Shown here: positions 11,160-23,559 of the stretch, in pieces
How positions within the stretch are numbered: the stretch's first letter is position 1
Layout: the number at the start of each line of letters is the position of its first letter
Assembly (NCBI GenBank): GCA_963780825.1
Contig: CAWADL010000024.1
Span: forward strand, 18,850 to 82,849
Length of the DNA: 64,000 bases
Source of the DNA: an uncultured Pseudomonadota bacterium
Lineage (GTDB): Bacteria > Pseudomonadota > Alphaproteobacteria > Rhizobiales > Beijerinckiaceae
Reading direction: 5' to 3'
The notes under the pieces: generated by a model
The model's database searches: none
What the model was told of the DNA's origin: nothing
What the model saw: only the letters and a program-made list of their open reading frames with translations
Program-made: the position numbers and the translations under genes

Positions 11160-11358
11160 GACCGCGTTTGAAGTCTTATGAAAACGCCGGCGGCTCCAAG
11201 CCATTTACGCTTGAATCTCCCACCGCCGGTTAAGAATCTTCTGGATTACGTAAAGCCTGATGTTAGCTACCTTCCTTTACGTCTCTCTAAATCTTTAACT
11301 GGATTATTCGACCTAGGATTATTGGCCGCAGGGCCAATAACTCTAGGGAATTTCGTTA

Positions 11359-12372
11359 ATGATTCACCGAACCTTAGGGGAGCGCGCGCCCGCCGCCGAT
11401 GCGAGCGTGATGGATGTCACCCTGCTAGTCGGGTTGTCCGCAATCGTCGCGCTCGTATCCGCCGCCGCCTCCGGCTTGCGTTTCAACCATTCGAGTTCGT
11501 TTTTGGAGCCCGTCGGCGGGATCGTCGCTGTTTTCGGTCTGCTGAATCTCTATCAGGGCGTGAGGATGCCGGACAACAAGCGGCTGATCTTCATGCTGAA
11601 CATCCTGATGTTGTATTTCACGACCTCATTCATCTTCCTGGTCTATCAATACGCAATGGCGCTGCTGCCGGGCTATGCTGTTTCCGACCTTATTCACAAC
11701 GGGGACGCGCTGGTTGGATTTGAGTGGATCAAATTCTCCGAGATTGTCCACAGTGTGCCTTATCTCTCGGAGACGCTCGGGTTCTGCTACAAGAATTGGA
11801 TCCGAGAGATATTCGTCGTGATGATGGTTCTTACCTATTTCAGGAGGTTTGACCGACTGAAAGAACTGAGCGTCGCCTATATCTTTACCGGCATGGCGGC
11901 GATTACGGTGAGCGGACTTCTGTACTCACAATCCTACGACGCGCTCGTCGCCTATTCGACCCCAGGCGCGCATCTGCCGACCGGCTTTACCCACGAAGTT
12001 TTCGACAAAGCTGACGGACTTCGGCAGGGCCGGGATCACACACTCGATTTCGCCCGCCTCGTCGGTCTTGTCTGTTTCCCGTCGTTTCACGCCGGGGCGG
12101 CGGTGTTGCTGGCGACCGCGATGCGCGGAATACGCTGGCTGTGGCCGCTATTCCTGGTCTTCAACGTTCTCGTCGTGCTGGGCACGCTCACCGAGGGCGG
12201 CCACAATCTCACCGACGTCATCGGCGGTTGCCTGATCGCCATCACAGCCGCGGGCGCGGCCCAGGCCTATCTGCGGTGGGGTTTGTCGCGCCGCCTGATG
12301 GCAAGCGGCGCGTGGCCTCGGTTCGGTCAACGCGTGGCGGCGAGCCGGGCGTGGGCGCGATCGAGCGGCTGA
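11359..12372 (+). CDS. PAP2-superfamily (PAP2_3/Aur1-like) membrane protein
   Basis: Multiple TM segments; CFPSFH and GGHNLTDVIGG motifs. Confidence 0.75.
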   Translation: MIHRTLGERAPAADASVMDVTLLVGLSAIVALVSAAASGLRFNHSSSFLEPVGGIVAVFGLLNLYQGVRMPDNKRLIFMLNILMLYFTTSFIFLVYQYAMALLPGYAVSDLIHNGDALVGFEWIKFSEIVHSVPYLSETLGFCYKNWIREIFVVMMVLTYFRRFDRLKELSVAYIFTGMAAITVSGLLYSQSYDALVAYSTPGAHLPTGFTHEVFDKADGLRQGRDHTLDFARLVGLVCFPSFHAGAAVLLATAMRGIRWLWPLFLVFNVLVVLGTLTEGGHNLTDVIGGCLIAITAAGAAQAYLRWGLSRRLMASGAWPRFGQRVAASRAWARSSG

Positions 12373-12414
12373 TCCTGCGTCATTCCCGCGGAGAACGGGG
12401 ATGATAGGTCCAGA

Positions 12415-12648
12415 TTATTTCTTGCTGACGGCCCCGATGCCGGCGAAACGCGTGTTGAAGCGCGACAGGCGTCCGCCGCGGTCGGTCAGCTGCGCCGAAC
12501 CACCGGTCCAGGCGGGATGCGTGTTCGGGTCGATGTCGAGGTTCAGCGTCTGCCCCTCCTCGCCCCAGGTCGAACGGGTCATGAATTCCGTACCGTTGGT
12601 CATGACGACCTTGATCATGTGGTAAGTCGGATGGATATCGGCCTTCAT
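12415..12648 (-). CDS. rpmE: 50S ribosomal protein L31 (Cys-free type)
   Basis: [10 protein letters not shown]...THPAWTGG...GGRLSRFN. Confidence 0.95.
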   Translation of the reverse strand: MKADIHPTYHMIKVVMTNGTEFMTRSTWGEEGQTLNLDIDPNTHPAWTGGSAQLTDRGGRLSRFNTRFAGIGAVSKK

Positions 12649-12823
12649 CGTCAACCCCGAGCGCAGAAAAGAGAGCCGCCAGGAGGTCCGGGCGGCTCTA
12701 AACGTGACGCCGCTATACTGCAGCCGGGCGTGCGATACAAGCATCGCTGCGACGAAGCGGCGCTTGATTTGCCGGACGCCCTCTGAACAAGGTCAGCGCC
12801 CCAGTGGAGGTGAGAGCGAACCC

Positions 12824-14622
12824 ATGCCGTCCGACGGCCCCGGAAGAAACCCGCGGCTTTCCGCGCTGCGCCCGATCGTGCCTTACGCCCGCCGCCGCGC
12901 CGGCCGCATCGCCGCCGCGCTGGTGGCGCTCGCCGTCGCCTCGTTCGCCACGCTCATCGTCCCCTACGCGATCCGTGAGATGGTCGATCACGGCTTCCAC
13001 GGCGGCGGCGCCGGGAGGGTGCATGTCTATTTCGGGCTGTTGATCGGCGTCGTCGCCGTGCTCGCGCTCGCCTCGGGCGCCCGCTACTATCTGGTGATGA
13101 CGATCGGCGAGCGGATCGTCGCGGATTTGCGCGGCGACTTCTTCCGCCATCTGACGACGCTCGACCAGAGCTTTTTCGACGCCGAAAAGACCGGCGAGAT
13201 CGTTTCGCGCCTCTCCGCCGACACCACGCAGCTGAAGGCGACCTTCGGCTCGTCGGCCTCGCTGGCGTTGCGCAACATCTTCCTGTTCGCCGGCGCGATC
13301 GCGATGATGACGGCGACCAGCCTGAAGCTGTCGAGCTATGTGCTGATCGCGATCCCGCTGATCGTGCTGCCGCTCTACGCGGCGGGCCGTTCGGTGCGCG
13401 AACGCTCGCGCCGCGCCCAAGCCAGGCTCGCTGACGCAACCGCGTTCGCCTCCGAGAATCTCGACGCTGCCCGCGTCATGCAGTCGTTCGTCGCCGAGGA
13501 GTTTACCGCGCAGCGCTATCAGGCTGCGGCGGATGAAGCTTACGAGGCGCCGCGGGTGATGACCAAGGCGCGATCGGTCGTCACCGCCATCGCGATTTTC
13601 CTGGCTTTTTCCAGCGTGGTCGTCGTGCTGTGGCTCGGCGCGCGCGACGTGATCGAGCAGCGCATGACGGCGGGGGTCCTGCTGCAGTTCCTGCTCTACG
13701 CGGTGCTGGGCGCGAGCGCGCTCGGGCAGTTGTCTGAGGTTTGGAACGAGATGAGCCAGGCCGCCGGCGCCGCCGCGCGGATTGGCGAGCTTTTGGGGAC
13801 CCAACCGAGCATCGTCGCCCCGCCGTCTCCGGCGGCTTTGCCCGCCCCCGTCCGCGGGGCCGTGCATTTCGACCGCGTGACCTTCGCCTATCCGACGCGC
13901 CTCGAAGAGCCGGTGCTGCGCGGCGTCGACTTCTCTGTGGCGCCGGGCGAGACGGTCGCCATCGTCGGCCCCTCGGGCGCGGGCAAATCGACGCTGTTTC
14001 AACTCATCGAGCGTTTCTACGACCCGGCCGCGGCGCCGTCCGGCTCGACGGCGTGGACATCTCGACGCTGGATCCCAAGGCGTTGCGGGCGGAAATCGCG
14101 CTCGTGCCGCAGGAGCCTTTCATTTTCGGCGCGACGGTCGCCGACAACATCGCCTACGGCCGCCCGAGCGCTTCGCGGTCGGAGATCGAAGCCGCGGCGG
14201 CGAGAGCGGCGGCGCACGGCTTCGTCACGGCGTTGCCGCAGGGCTACGACACACCGCTCGGCGAGCGTGGCGTGACTTTGTCCGGCGGCGAGCGCCAGCG
14301 GCTCGCGATCGCCCGCGCGATCCTGAAAGACGCCCCCGTGCTGCTGCTCGACGAGGCGACCTCAGCGTTGGACGCCGCCAACGAAACGCTGGTGCAGACG
14401 GCGCTCGCCGAGCTGATGAAGGGGCGCACGACGCTGGTGATCGCGCATCGTCTGGCGACGATCGTCGGGGCGAGCCGGATTCTCGTGCTCGACGGCGGCG
14501 AGATCGTCGAGCAGGGTGATCACGCAACGCTGCTGGCTGCGGGTGGGCTTTACGCGCGACTGGCGCGTTTGCAGTTTGAGACAGGCGCCGCCGCGCTACG
14601 CGGCGCGCGGGCGGCGGAGTAG
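12824..14622 (+). CDS. ABC exporter, fused permease/ATPase (one frameshift near 14030)
   Basis: TM domain, [17 protein letters not shown] and [11 protein letters not shown] over ORFs 12704..14275 and 13741..14622. Confidence 0.88.
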
Positions 14623-14630
14623 GCGCCATC

Positions 14631-14700
14631 GGAGCGGCGGCCTCCAGGCTGCCGTCCTGCACGAGCCGAACGTTGTCGGCGGCGTGGACGCCGCCGCTCC
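14631..14700. repeat. REP-like doublet, family C
   Basis: GGAGCGGCGGCCTCCAGGCTGCC...GGCGGCGTGGACGCCGCCGCTCC between convergent genes. Confidence 0.85.
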
Positions 14701-14703
14701 GCC

Positions 14704-15699
14704 TCAAATCGTGACGACGACCTTGCCCATCGCCTTCCGCTCGGCGATCCAGGAGATCGCATCGCCGGCCTGCTCAAGCGAAAACGTCTTCGATATGCGG
14801 GGCCGGATCGCGCCCTTCTCATAAAGCGCAAACAGCTCGCGCGTGTTCGCTGCATTCGCCTTGGGATCGCGCGCGGCAAACCCGCCCCAGAACACGCCGA
14901 CGACCTGGCAGGATTTCAGCAGCGTCAGATTGAGCGGCAGCTTGGCGATGCCCTGGGGAAAGCCACGACCAGAAATCTGCCTTCCCAGGCGATCGCCCGC
15001 AGCGAGGCCTCGGTATAGTCGCCGCCGACGCCGTCGTAGATCACATCGGCGCCCTTTTCGCCGCACGCCGCTCTTGAACACAGCTGCAAGCGCCTTGCGC
15101 CCGTCGGCGTCAAAGGGCCCGGAAGGATAGACGACACCTTCGTCCGCCCCCCATTGCTTCGCCGCCGCGACCTTTTCCTCGGACGACGCCGCGGCAATCA
15201 CGCGCGCCCCCATCGCCTTGCCGAGCTCCACCGCCGCTGAGCCGACGCCGCCCGCCGCGCCCAGAACCAGCAGCGTCTCGCCGCTCTTCAGCGCGCCGCG
15301 ATCCTTCAGCGCGTAGTAGGACGTCCCATAGGTCATCAAAAACGCCGCGGCTTCCTCGAACGGCATCGCGTCCGGGATCGGCATGATGCGGCGGCTTTCC
15401 ACCGCGACCTTCTCCGCCATACCGCCCCAGCCAGTCGAAGCCAGCACCCGCTGCCCGACCCGCAGACCCGTCACGCCCTCGCCCACCGCCTCAATGACTT
15501 CCGCGACCTCGCCGCCCGGCGAGAACGGGCGCGCCGGCTTGAATTGATATTTGTCCTCGATGATCAGCGCGTCCGGAAAATTGACGCCGCAGGCGGCGAT
15601 GCGAATGAGCGCCTCGCCTTTGGCGGGCGCGGGATCGGCGATCTCCTCCAGTTGGAGACTTTGGGGGCCGCCGACGGCCCGGCTGAGAACGGCTTTCAT
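14704..15699 (-). CDS. NADPH:quinone oxidoreductase (MDR family; local frameshifts)
   Basis: MKAVL..., GVNFPD, PFSPGGE, LGAAGGVGSAAV, KAMGKVVV. Confidence 0.85.
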   Translation of the reverse strand: MKAVLSRAVGGPQSLQLEEIADPAPAKGEALIRIAACGVNFPDALIIEDKYQFKPARPFSPGGEVAEVIEAVGEGVTGLRVGQRVLASTGWGGMAEKVAVESRRIMPIPDAMPFEEAAAFLMTYGTSYYALKDRGALKSGETLLVLGAAGGVGSAAVELGKAMGARVIAAASSEEKVAAAKQWGADEGVVYPSGPFDADGRKALAAVFKSGVRRKGRRCDLRRRRRRLYRGLAAGDRLGRQISGRGFPQGIAKLPLNLTLLKSCQVVGVFWGGFAARDPKANAANTRELFALYEKGAIRPRISKTFSLEQAGDAISWIAERKAMGKVVVTI

Positions 15700-15713
15700 C
15701 TGAAAACTCCGGA

Positions 15714-16482
15714 TCAGGTGATGGTCTGGCCGCCGTCGATGACGATGGTCTGGCCGGTCATGTAGGCGCCCGCGCGCGAGGCGAGGAACACGGCGGCGCC
15801 GGCGATCTCGTCGGGATCGCCGATGCGGGCGAGGGGCGTGCGCGCATTGGCGGAGGCGCAGAGTCTTCGGGTTCTCCCACAGTGCGCGGGCGAAGTCGGT
15901 CTTGATCAGCCCCGGCGCGATGCAATTGACGCGCACGTTGTCGGCGCCGAACTCGACGGCGAGATTGCGCGCGAGGCTGAAATCGGCGGCCTTGGAGATG
16001 TCGTAGGCGCCGATGATCGCGGTGCCCTTCAGGCCGCCGATCGAGGAGACGATGACGATCGCGCCATCCTTGCGCGACCGCATCGCCGGCGCGACCATGC
16101 TGATCAGCCAATGATTGGAGATGATGTTGTTGTCGAGGATTTTGCGGAACTGATCGTCCGCAATGCCGCCGAGCGGGCCATAGTAGGGGTTGCTCGCGGC
16201 GTTGCAGACGAGGATGTCGATCTGGCCGTTGACGCGCACGGTTTCGTTGACGAGGTTTTGCAGCTCGTCTTTCGAGGAGATGTTGGCGGGGATCGCCAGC
16301 GCCGCGCCCGCGCCGTGTTTGGCGTTGATCGAGGCGGCGACTTCCTCGCAGGCGGTCGCCTTGCGGGAGGAGACGACGACCTTGGCGCCGTGCTCGGCAA
16401 GCCGCTCTACGATCGCCTTGCCAATGCCGCGCGACGAGCCGGTGACGACGGCGACTTTGCCGGTGAGATCGAACAGGGTCAT
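15714..16482 (-). CDS. Short-chain dehydrogenase/reductase (frameshift near 15855)
   Basis: [13 protein letters not shown] and [12 protein letters not shown]; the C-terminus [16 protein letters not shown] is in another frame. Confidence 0.87.
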
Positions 16483-16595
16483 GCCGCCGCCTCGGGTTTC
16501 CTCGAAAACGTAGTTTAAAGAAGGGGCGTCCGAAAGCAAACGAGGCTCTGGGTATGGAGCGGCGTATCGTACTGCCCTCAGAAAAGTCGCCCATC

Positions 16596-16687
16596 GGAGC
16601 GATCGGCCTCCAGGCCGACAACGGCGCTCCGGTCTCCGAGGCTGGCGGCGCGTGGTCAAAAAGCGTCGGCGTGGACGCCGACCCTCC
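16596..16687. repeat. REP-like doublet, family C
   Basis: GGAGCGATCGGCCTCCAGGCCGAC...GTCGGCGTGGACGCCGACCCTCC. Confidence 0.85.
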
Positions 16688-16834
16688 GAAGAGGGCATTA
16701 GTTTCGCTGTTATATGCAAAGGCGCGCTCTTGCACGTGACCTACACAGAGCGCGGCGAGCGCATTCGGATCATATCAGCCCGACGGGCGGAGCGACATGA
16801 GAAAGACCATTACTTCCGCGAGAATTCGGCCTGA
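16688..16834 (+). pseudogene. 5'-truncated BrnT-type toxin remnant
   Basis: Only the C-terminal LHVTYTERGERIRIISARRA..E...Y motif remains; no N-terminal FEWD..K..N..KH segment upstream, where a family C REP sits instead. Confidence 0.7.
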
Positions 16835-17190
16835 CGGCGCTATCGTGGAGATACTGGATGACGGCAAGGAAAGGCCGTTTTCCGAAACGCCAATGCGTCC
16901 TATGAGCTGAAGAAGAAATATCAGCGGCCGCAGCGGCTGACCCCGACGCGCGTCCGATGACCGTCGAGCAATTGGCGAAGGCGAAGCGCATTCCCCGCAT
17001 TAAAACCTTGCGGCGCGCGCTCGGCCTAACCCAAGACGAATTCGCGACGCGCTATCACATTCCGCTGGGAACGCTAAGGGATTGGGAACAGGGACGCACA
17101 GAGCCCGATCAACCGGCGCGAGCCTACCTCAAAGTCATCGCAGCCGACCCTGAGGGCGTGTCGCGCAGCCTGGCTTCGAGGCCCGGCTGA
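16797..17190 (+). CDS. XRE/HTH antitoxin-like regulator (one-base insertion near 16905)
   Basis: MRKTITSARIRPDG...AAAAADPDARP...LRRALGLTQDEFATRYHIPLGTLRDWEQGR; overlaps the toxin remnant. Confidence 0.8.
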
Positions 17191-17203
17191 GCGCATCGCA
17201 AGT

Positions 17204-17365
17204 TTACTCGTCTTCCTCTCCAAGCTCTCTCGTCGCGAGGTCGATTTCGCGAAGCTCATCTTGCAGCCGCTTAATCTCAGCAGGATCCGACGCGGTGCGC
17301 AACTTCTCGAGCGCAGCCGTGCGCCTCGCCTCCAGCGCCGCAAGTTCCCCGGTATATTCTTCCAT
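17204..17365 (-). CDS. Small hypothetical coiled-coil protein
   Basis: AGGGGG RBS; charged helical 53-aa ORF MEEYTGELAALEARR... Confidence 0.5.
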   Translation of the reverse strand: MEEYTGELAALEARRTAALEKLRTASDPAEIKRLQDELREIDLATRELGEEDE

Positions 17366-17418
17366 CCGTTTCCCCCTGCTTTCTCTCAAGCATAGCCTCG
17401 TGGCGACCCTATCAAAGA

Positions 17419-18105
17419 CTAGAACCGCGAAGGTCGCAGAAACTCCGCCAAATCCCCCATCGTCCGTCCTACCCCTTCGGGCTCAACCCCAAGCCGCTCC
17501 AGCGGCGCGCCGGCCCGGTTGACCCAGAACGCGCGGTAGCCGAACCACGCCGCGCCCGCTGCATCCCAACCGTTCGAGGACACAAACGCCAGTCTCTCAA
17601 CCGGCGCGCCAAACGCGTCGGGGCCAAGCTGATAGGCCTCCGGCGCCGTCTTGAATTTGCGCACGCGCTCGACGCTCAGCACATGCGCGAACAGATCCGC
17701 GATGTCAGCGGCGGCGAGCGCTTTCCGTAACATCGTCTCGTTGCCGTTGGAGAGCACGGCAAGCGGAAGGCCTTGTGCATGCAGCCCGCGCAACGCAGCG
17801 GGAACTTCCGGATGTGTTGGCAGCCGCTCGTAGATCGCCAACATTTCGTCGCGACGCGCAGCATCAAGCGTCGTCTTCTCGGCTTCGCAGGCGTAGTCCA
17901 GCGCGTCCGCCGTGATCGTCCAGAAATCGACGTAGCGGTCGCTCAAAGTGCGCAGCCGCGTGTATTCGATCTGCTTTTCGCGCCAGCGCAATGAGATCGC
18001 GCGGCCTTTGCCCGGAAACAGCGCCTCTAGCCGCGCCTCGACGGCGTAGACGTCAAACAAGGTGCCATACGCGTCGAAGACGACGCCGGCGATCGGAGCG
18101 GTCAT
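17419..18105 (-). CDS. Haloacid dehalogenase, type II
   Basis: FDAYGTLFDV, LSNG, KFK and FVSSNGWDAAGA motifs. Confidence 0.9.
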   Translation of the reverse strand: MTAPIAGVVFDAYGTLFDVYAVEARLEALFPGKGRAISLRWREKQIEYTRLRTLSDRYVDFWTITADALDYACEAEKTTLDAARRDEMLAIYERLPTHPEVPAALRGLHAQGLPLAVLSNGNETMLRKALAAADIADLFAHVLSVERVRKFKTAPEAYQLGPDAFGAPVERLAFVSSNGWDAAGAAWFGYRAFWVNRAGAPLERLGVEPEGVGRTMGDLAEFLRPSRF

Positions 18106-18139
18106 GCCGTAGGATGCCTCAAGCGGCGCCTGAAAACAA

Positions 18140-19106
18140 TCAAACCGTTCCCGTGCGCCTCGCTGGGACCGCGGGTGTCTCGCCCGCAACGGCGCGCGGG
18201 ACGCGCGCGGTCCCAGGGGGGCGCGTCGCCTCGCCGGCGCGGCGCACGATCTCGCACACCTCGTGCAACTGTTTGATCAGAGGACTGGTCTTGCGCCAGA
18301 TCATGCCAATCGCGCGCGACGGTTGCGGCGCGGCAAACCTCGTCACCGTCACCGGCGCGGAGCGAGCCTCCACCGCCGCGGCCATTTCCGGGATCAGCGT
18401 CACGCCGATGCCGGCCCCGACCATCTGCACCAGCGTCGACAACGAACTCGCCTCCAGCGCCTCGCGCGGACGAAGAGGATTCATCCCGCAGACCGCAAGC
18501 GCCTGATCACGAAAGCAATGGCCCTCCTCGAGCAGCAGCAACTTCGCATCGCGCAAGGCCTCGAGGTCGGGCGCCGGCTCATTCGCTTGTGAGCGCGGAC
18601 GCACGAGCAGGAATTCTTCGGAGAACAGCGGCGTCTCCTCCAGACCGGCGCCGGCGACCGGAAGCGCCACGATCGCCGCGTCGATCCGCCCCTGCGCCAA
18701 TTCCTGGGTCAGCCGGTCGGTGATCGTTTCGCGCACGTGGACTTCGAGATCGGGATAGGCCTGGCTCAAACCGCGCATCACCCGCGGCAGCAAATAGGGC
18801 GCAACTGTCGGGATCACGCCGAGACGCAGCCTTCGCAACGGGCGATGCGAGGCGGCCAGCCCGTCGAGCTCATCGATCGCGCCGAGAATGTGACCGACCC
18901 GCTCGGCAAGCGCCTCGCCGAGGCTGGTCACGCGAACTTGTCGCGCGCCGCGCTCGAACAAGGCGGCCCCAAAGGTCTCTTCGAGATCCTTGATCTGCTC
19001 GGACAAAGCGGGTTGCGAGATCGCGCAAGCCTCGGCCGCGCGGCCGAAATGGCGGTGGCGCGCCAGCGCGTCGAAGTAGCGCAGCTGACGCAGCGAGAGA
19101 TTTAGC

Positions 19107-19108
<2 letters not shown>
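18140..19108 (-). CDS. oxyR: OxyR-type LysR regulator
   Basis: LysR HTH; LGVIPTVAPYLLP; EEGHCFRDQALAVC with both redox cysteines; divergent from katG. Confidence 0.88.
18163..18216. repeat. REP-like doublet, family G, in frame inside the oxyR 3' end
   Basis: CTGGGACCGCGGG...GCGCGGTCCCAG, 54 bp; matches the intergenic copy at 63310-63364. Confidence 0.8.
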
Positions 19109-21415
<2,307 letters not shown>

Positions 21416-21436
21416 GCGCCTGGATTTGCGCGAATG

Positions 21437-21470
21437 GGGCCGCCCTGAGGAAGGGCGGCCCTTTTTGTTT
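21437..21470 (+). terminator. Rho-independent terminator after katG
   Basis: GGGCCGCCCT-GAGGA-AGGGCGGCCC followed by TTTTTGTTT. Confidence 0.85.
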
Positions 21471-21534
21471 GTTTGAAGCGAACTATCGAGAGGAATTGCG
21501 CAATAGCCGCATTCCTCCTAATCTACCGGTGACC

Positions 21535-21641
21535 CGTCATTGCGAGCGAAGCGAAGCAATCCATCGTTGTGAGATCGGAGTTTCGCCGGATAGAGACGCT
21601 GCGGCGGAACCGTGGATTGCTTCGCTTCGCTCGCAATGACG
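21535..21641. repeat. REP-like doublet, family A
   Basis: Same arms as 4948-5097 with a different loop. Confidence 0.9.
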
Positions 21642-21674
21642 ATGGTTGGAACCGCCAACGCCAACGGAGCGCCG

Positions 21675-22115
21675 ATGCGCGCTGAACTGCTCATTTGTTT
21701 GATGTCCCTCTCTGCTTGCCTGGCCTCGGCGCCCGTTCTCGCCGCCGCCATGAAGCCGATCCGCCTCGAACTGAAAGCCGGGCAAGCGCTGACCTTCGCC
21801 GCGACACTCGCGGACGGCAACGTGACTCTCGGCCCCGCCCGCCTCGGCAAATTCGGCGAAATGCAACCGGCCGATGGGGAAATAACCGTCGGCCTCTCGC
21901 CGAAGGACAAGACGCTATACGAAAACGTCGTCGTCATCGAGAAGACGGCCAAGCCCATCGACCTGGTGGCGACCGGTCTTGTCGGCAACATCAAGATCGA
22001 TGAGGTGGTGTTGCACGGCCGCCTCGACGCGCCAGTCAGCGCGCGGATCGGCGCCGTGTCGTGGACTGTTTGGCTGAACAGTTTCGAGGCGACGAGCGAA
22101 CCCGCAGCAAAGTGA
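21675..22115 (+). CDS. Hypothetical secreted protein
   Basis: GGAG RBS, signal-peptide-like N-terminus, coding-like composition. Confidence 0.6.
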   Translation: MRAELLICLMSLSACLASAPVLAAAMKPIRLELKAGQALTFAATLADGNVTLGPARLGKFGEMQPADGEITVGLSPKDKTLYENVVVIEKTAKPIDLVATGLVGNIKIDEVVLHGRLDAPVSARIGAVSWTVWLNSFEATSEPAAK

Positions 22116-22153
22116 CGCGAGCGCAACCAAACCTCGAATCTTATGCTGACGCC

Positions 22154-22684
22154 GTGAGCGAAGACCACGTGCTGCCCGACGTGCTCGCGCCAGGCCTTCG
22201 CATCGTCTTCTGCGGCACAGCGGCGGGGACGGAGTCGGCGAGGCAGCGCGCCTATTACGCGCATCCGCAGAACCGTTTCTGGCGCGTCTTGCACGAGGCC
22301 GGACTGACGCCGCGGCGGCTCGCGCCAACCGAGTACGCGCTGCTCCCTGGGCTTGGCCTCGGACTGACCGACATCGCCAAATTCGTCAGCGGCATGGACA
22401 GTCAACTGCCACGAGGGTCGCTAGGGCGCGCGCCCTGCGACGCGCTGTTTGCCAAAATCGCGCTCGCGGCGCCGCGGATACTGGCTTTCACCAGCCTCAC
22501 CGCCGGCCGGCGCTATCTGGGACGCGGCGACGCCGGCTATGGCCCGCAGCCGGAAACGATCGGCGAAACCGCAATCTGGCTTTTGCCATCGCCCTCCCCG
22601 GCCGCGACCTGGAAATGGGACCCCGCGCCCTGGCTGGCCTTGGGCCGCGCCGCGTCCTTCGCGGGCGCGCACGCTTCGACTTAG
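22154..22684 (+). CDS. mug: Mismatch-specific uracil/thymine DNA glycosylase family protein
   Basis: LPDVLAPGLRIVFCGTAAG, YYAHPQNRFW, GLTD and LPSPS motifs. Confidence 0.85.
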   Translation: MSEDHVLPDVLAPGLRIVFCGTAAGTESARQRAYYAHPQNRFWRVLHEAGLTPRRLAPTEYALLPGLGLGLTDIAKFVSGMDSQLPRGSLGRAPCDALFAKIALAAPRILAFTSLTAGRRYLGRGDAGYGPQPETIGETAIWLLPSPSPAATWKWDPAPWLALGRAASFAGAHAST

Positions 22685-22836
22685 GGTCGACGTCGCTTCA
22701 CACAGTAGCGTGCCGCCGACTCACGGCGCCACCTCGCATCATGCGCGCAACCCCGCGGTGCGTCTAAGAATATTTCTTCTACTTGCGAATTAAACTAAAA
22801 CAACAGATATACAAGTCTCGACAAGGAGGCGTCAGG

Positions 22837-23253
22837 ATGGTTGCCTACGCGCGCTTTCGAGCGAGCGATCTGCCCAAGGCGGTTGGCCTGGACTGGGCTG
22901 GCGGCCGTCGCAGATCGGATGGGCGGGCGGGCCATATTTGTCACGGGCCCTACATCACGCTGGGACCTGGCCGATATACGGCGGGCTTCTACCTGCAACG
23001 CGACGCCGCCGACATCGAGGGTGAGATCGAGTTGGAGGCCTGCGCCGAACACGGCGGGCGGGTCTTCGCGAGCCGCTCGACGCCGGTGAAGGACCTGTTC
23101 TCATCCGTAGCAGGGCTCGTATGGCTGGACTTTGTGGTGGACGCCGTGGAGCGCGCCTGTGAGATCCGGTTGTCCGTTCCCGCCCTAGTTCGCATCGAGG
23201 TTGCTGAGGCGGTATTGTTCCGCCGCGATGTTTCCGATTGGGGGTTTCGTTGA
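22837..23253 (+). CDS. Hypothetical protein, possible carbohydrate-binding beta-sandwich
   Basis: AGGAGG RBS; GPYITLGPGRYTAGF segment; lies upstream of glycosyltransferase genes. Confidence 0.55.
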   Translation: MVAYARFRASDLPKAVGLDWAGGRRRSDGRAGHICHGPYITLGPGRYTAGFYLQRDAADIEGEIELEACAEHGGRVFASRSTPVKDLFSSVAGLVWLDFVVDAVERACEIRLSVPALVRIEVAEAVLFRRDVSDWGFR

Positions 23254-23293
23254 TCGGGGAGAGGCGCCGGCCTGGGACCGGGAGCGTCTCGTC

Positions 23294-23532
23294 CGCTGGC
23301 GATAACTTAGGTTTTCGCTATGTCTGTGGTGTGATCGCCAGTTTGCCGTCCCCTCCCCCCTTGTGGGGGAGGTTAGGGAGGGGGGCGGTTCGGCTTGGAC
23401 GTTCCTCACAGGAAATGGCGGCTCTTGCCGCTACCCCCCACCCCGGCCCTCCCCCACAAGGGGGGAGGGAGTCCGCGTCGCCGGCGGTTCTCCAATCATC
23501 CGCGAAATCGCTCTGCCTTAAGTTAGCGTATG
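23294..23532. mobile_element. Degenerate MITE (type B) with IS186-like ends enclosing a family B REP (23349-23471)
   Basis: Ends CGCTGGCGATAACTTAG ... TTAAGTTAGCGTATG resemble CATAGGCGCTAACTTA; inner flanks are homologous to 53185-53425; it lies between two family G arms (23272 and ~23537-23546). Confidence 0.6.
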
Positions 23533-23559
23533 AGGGCGGTCCCAGGGGCGCCGCCGAAG

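Noticed and set aside
14704-16719. Apparent SDR-quinone oxidoreductase fusion (671-aa ORF)
   Set aside because: The SDR's true C-terminus and stop (15714) are in another frame.
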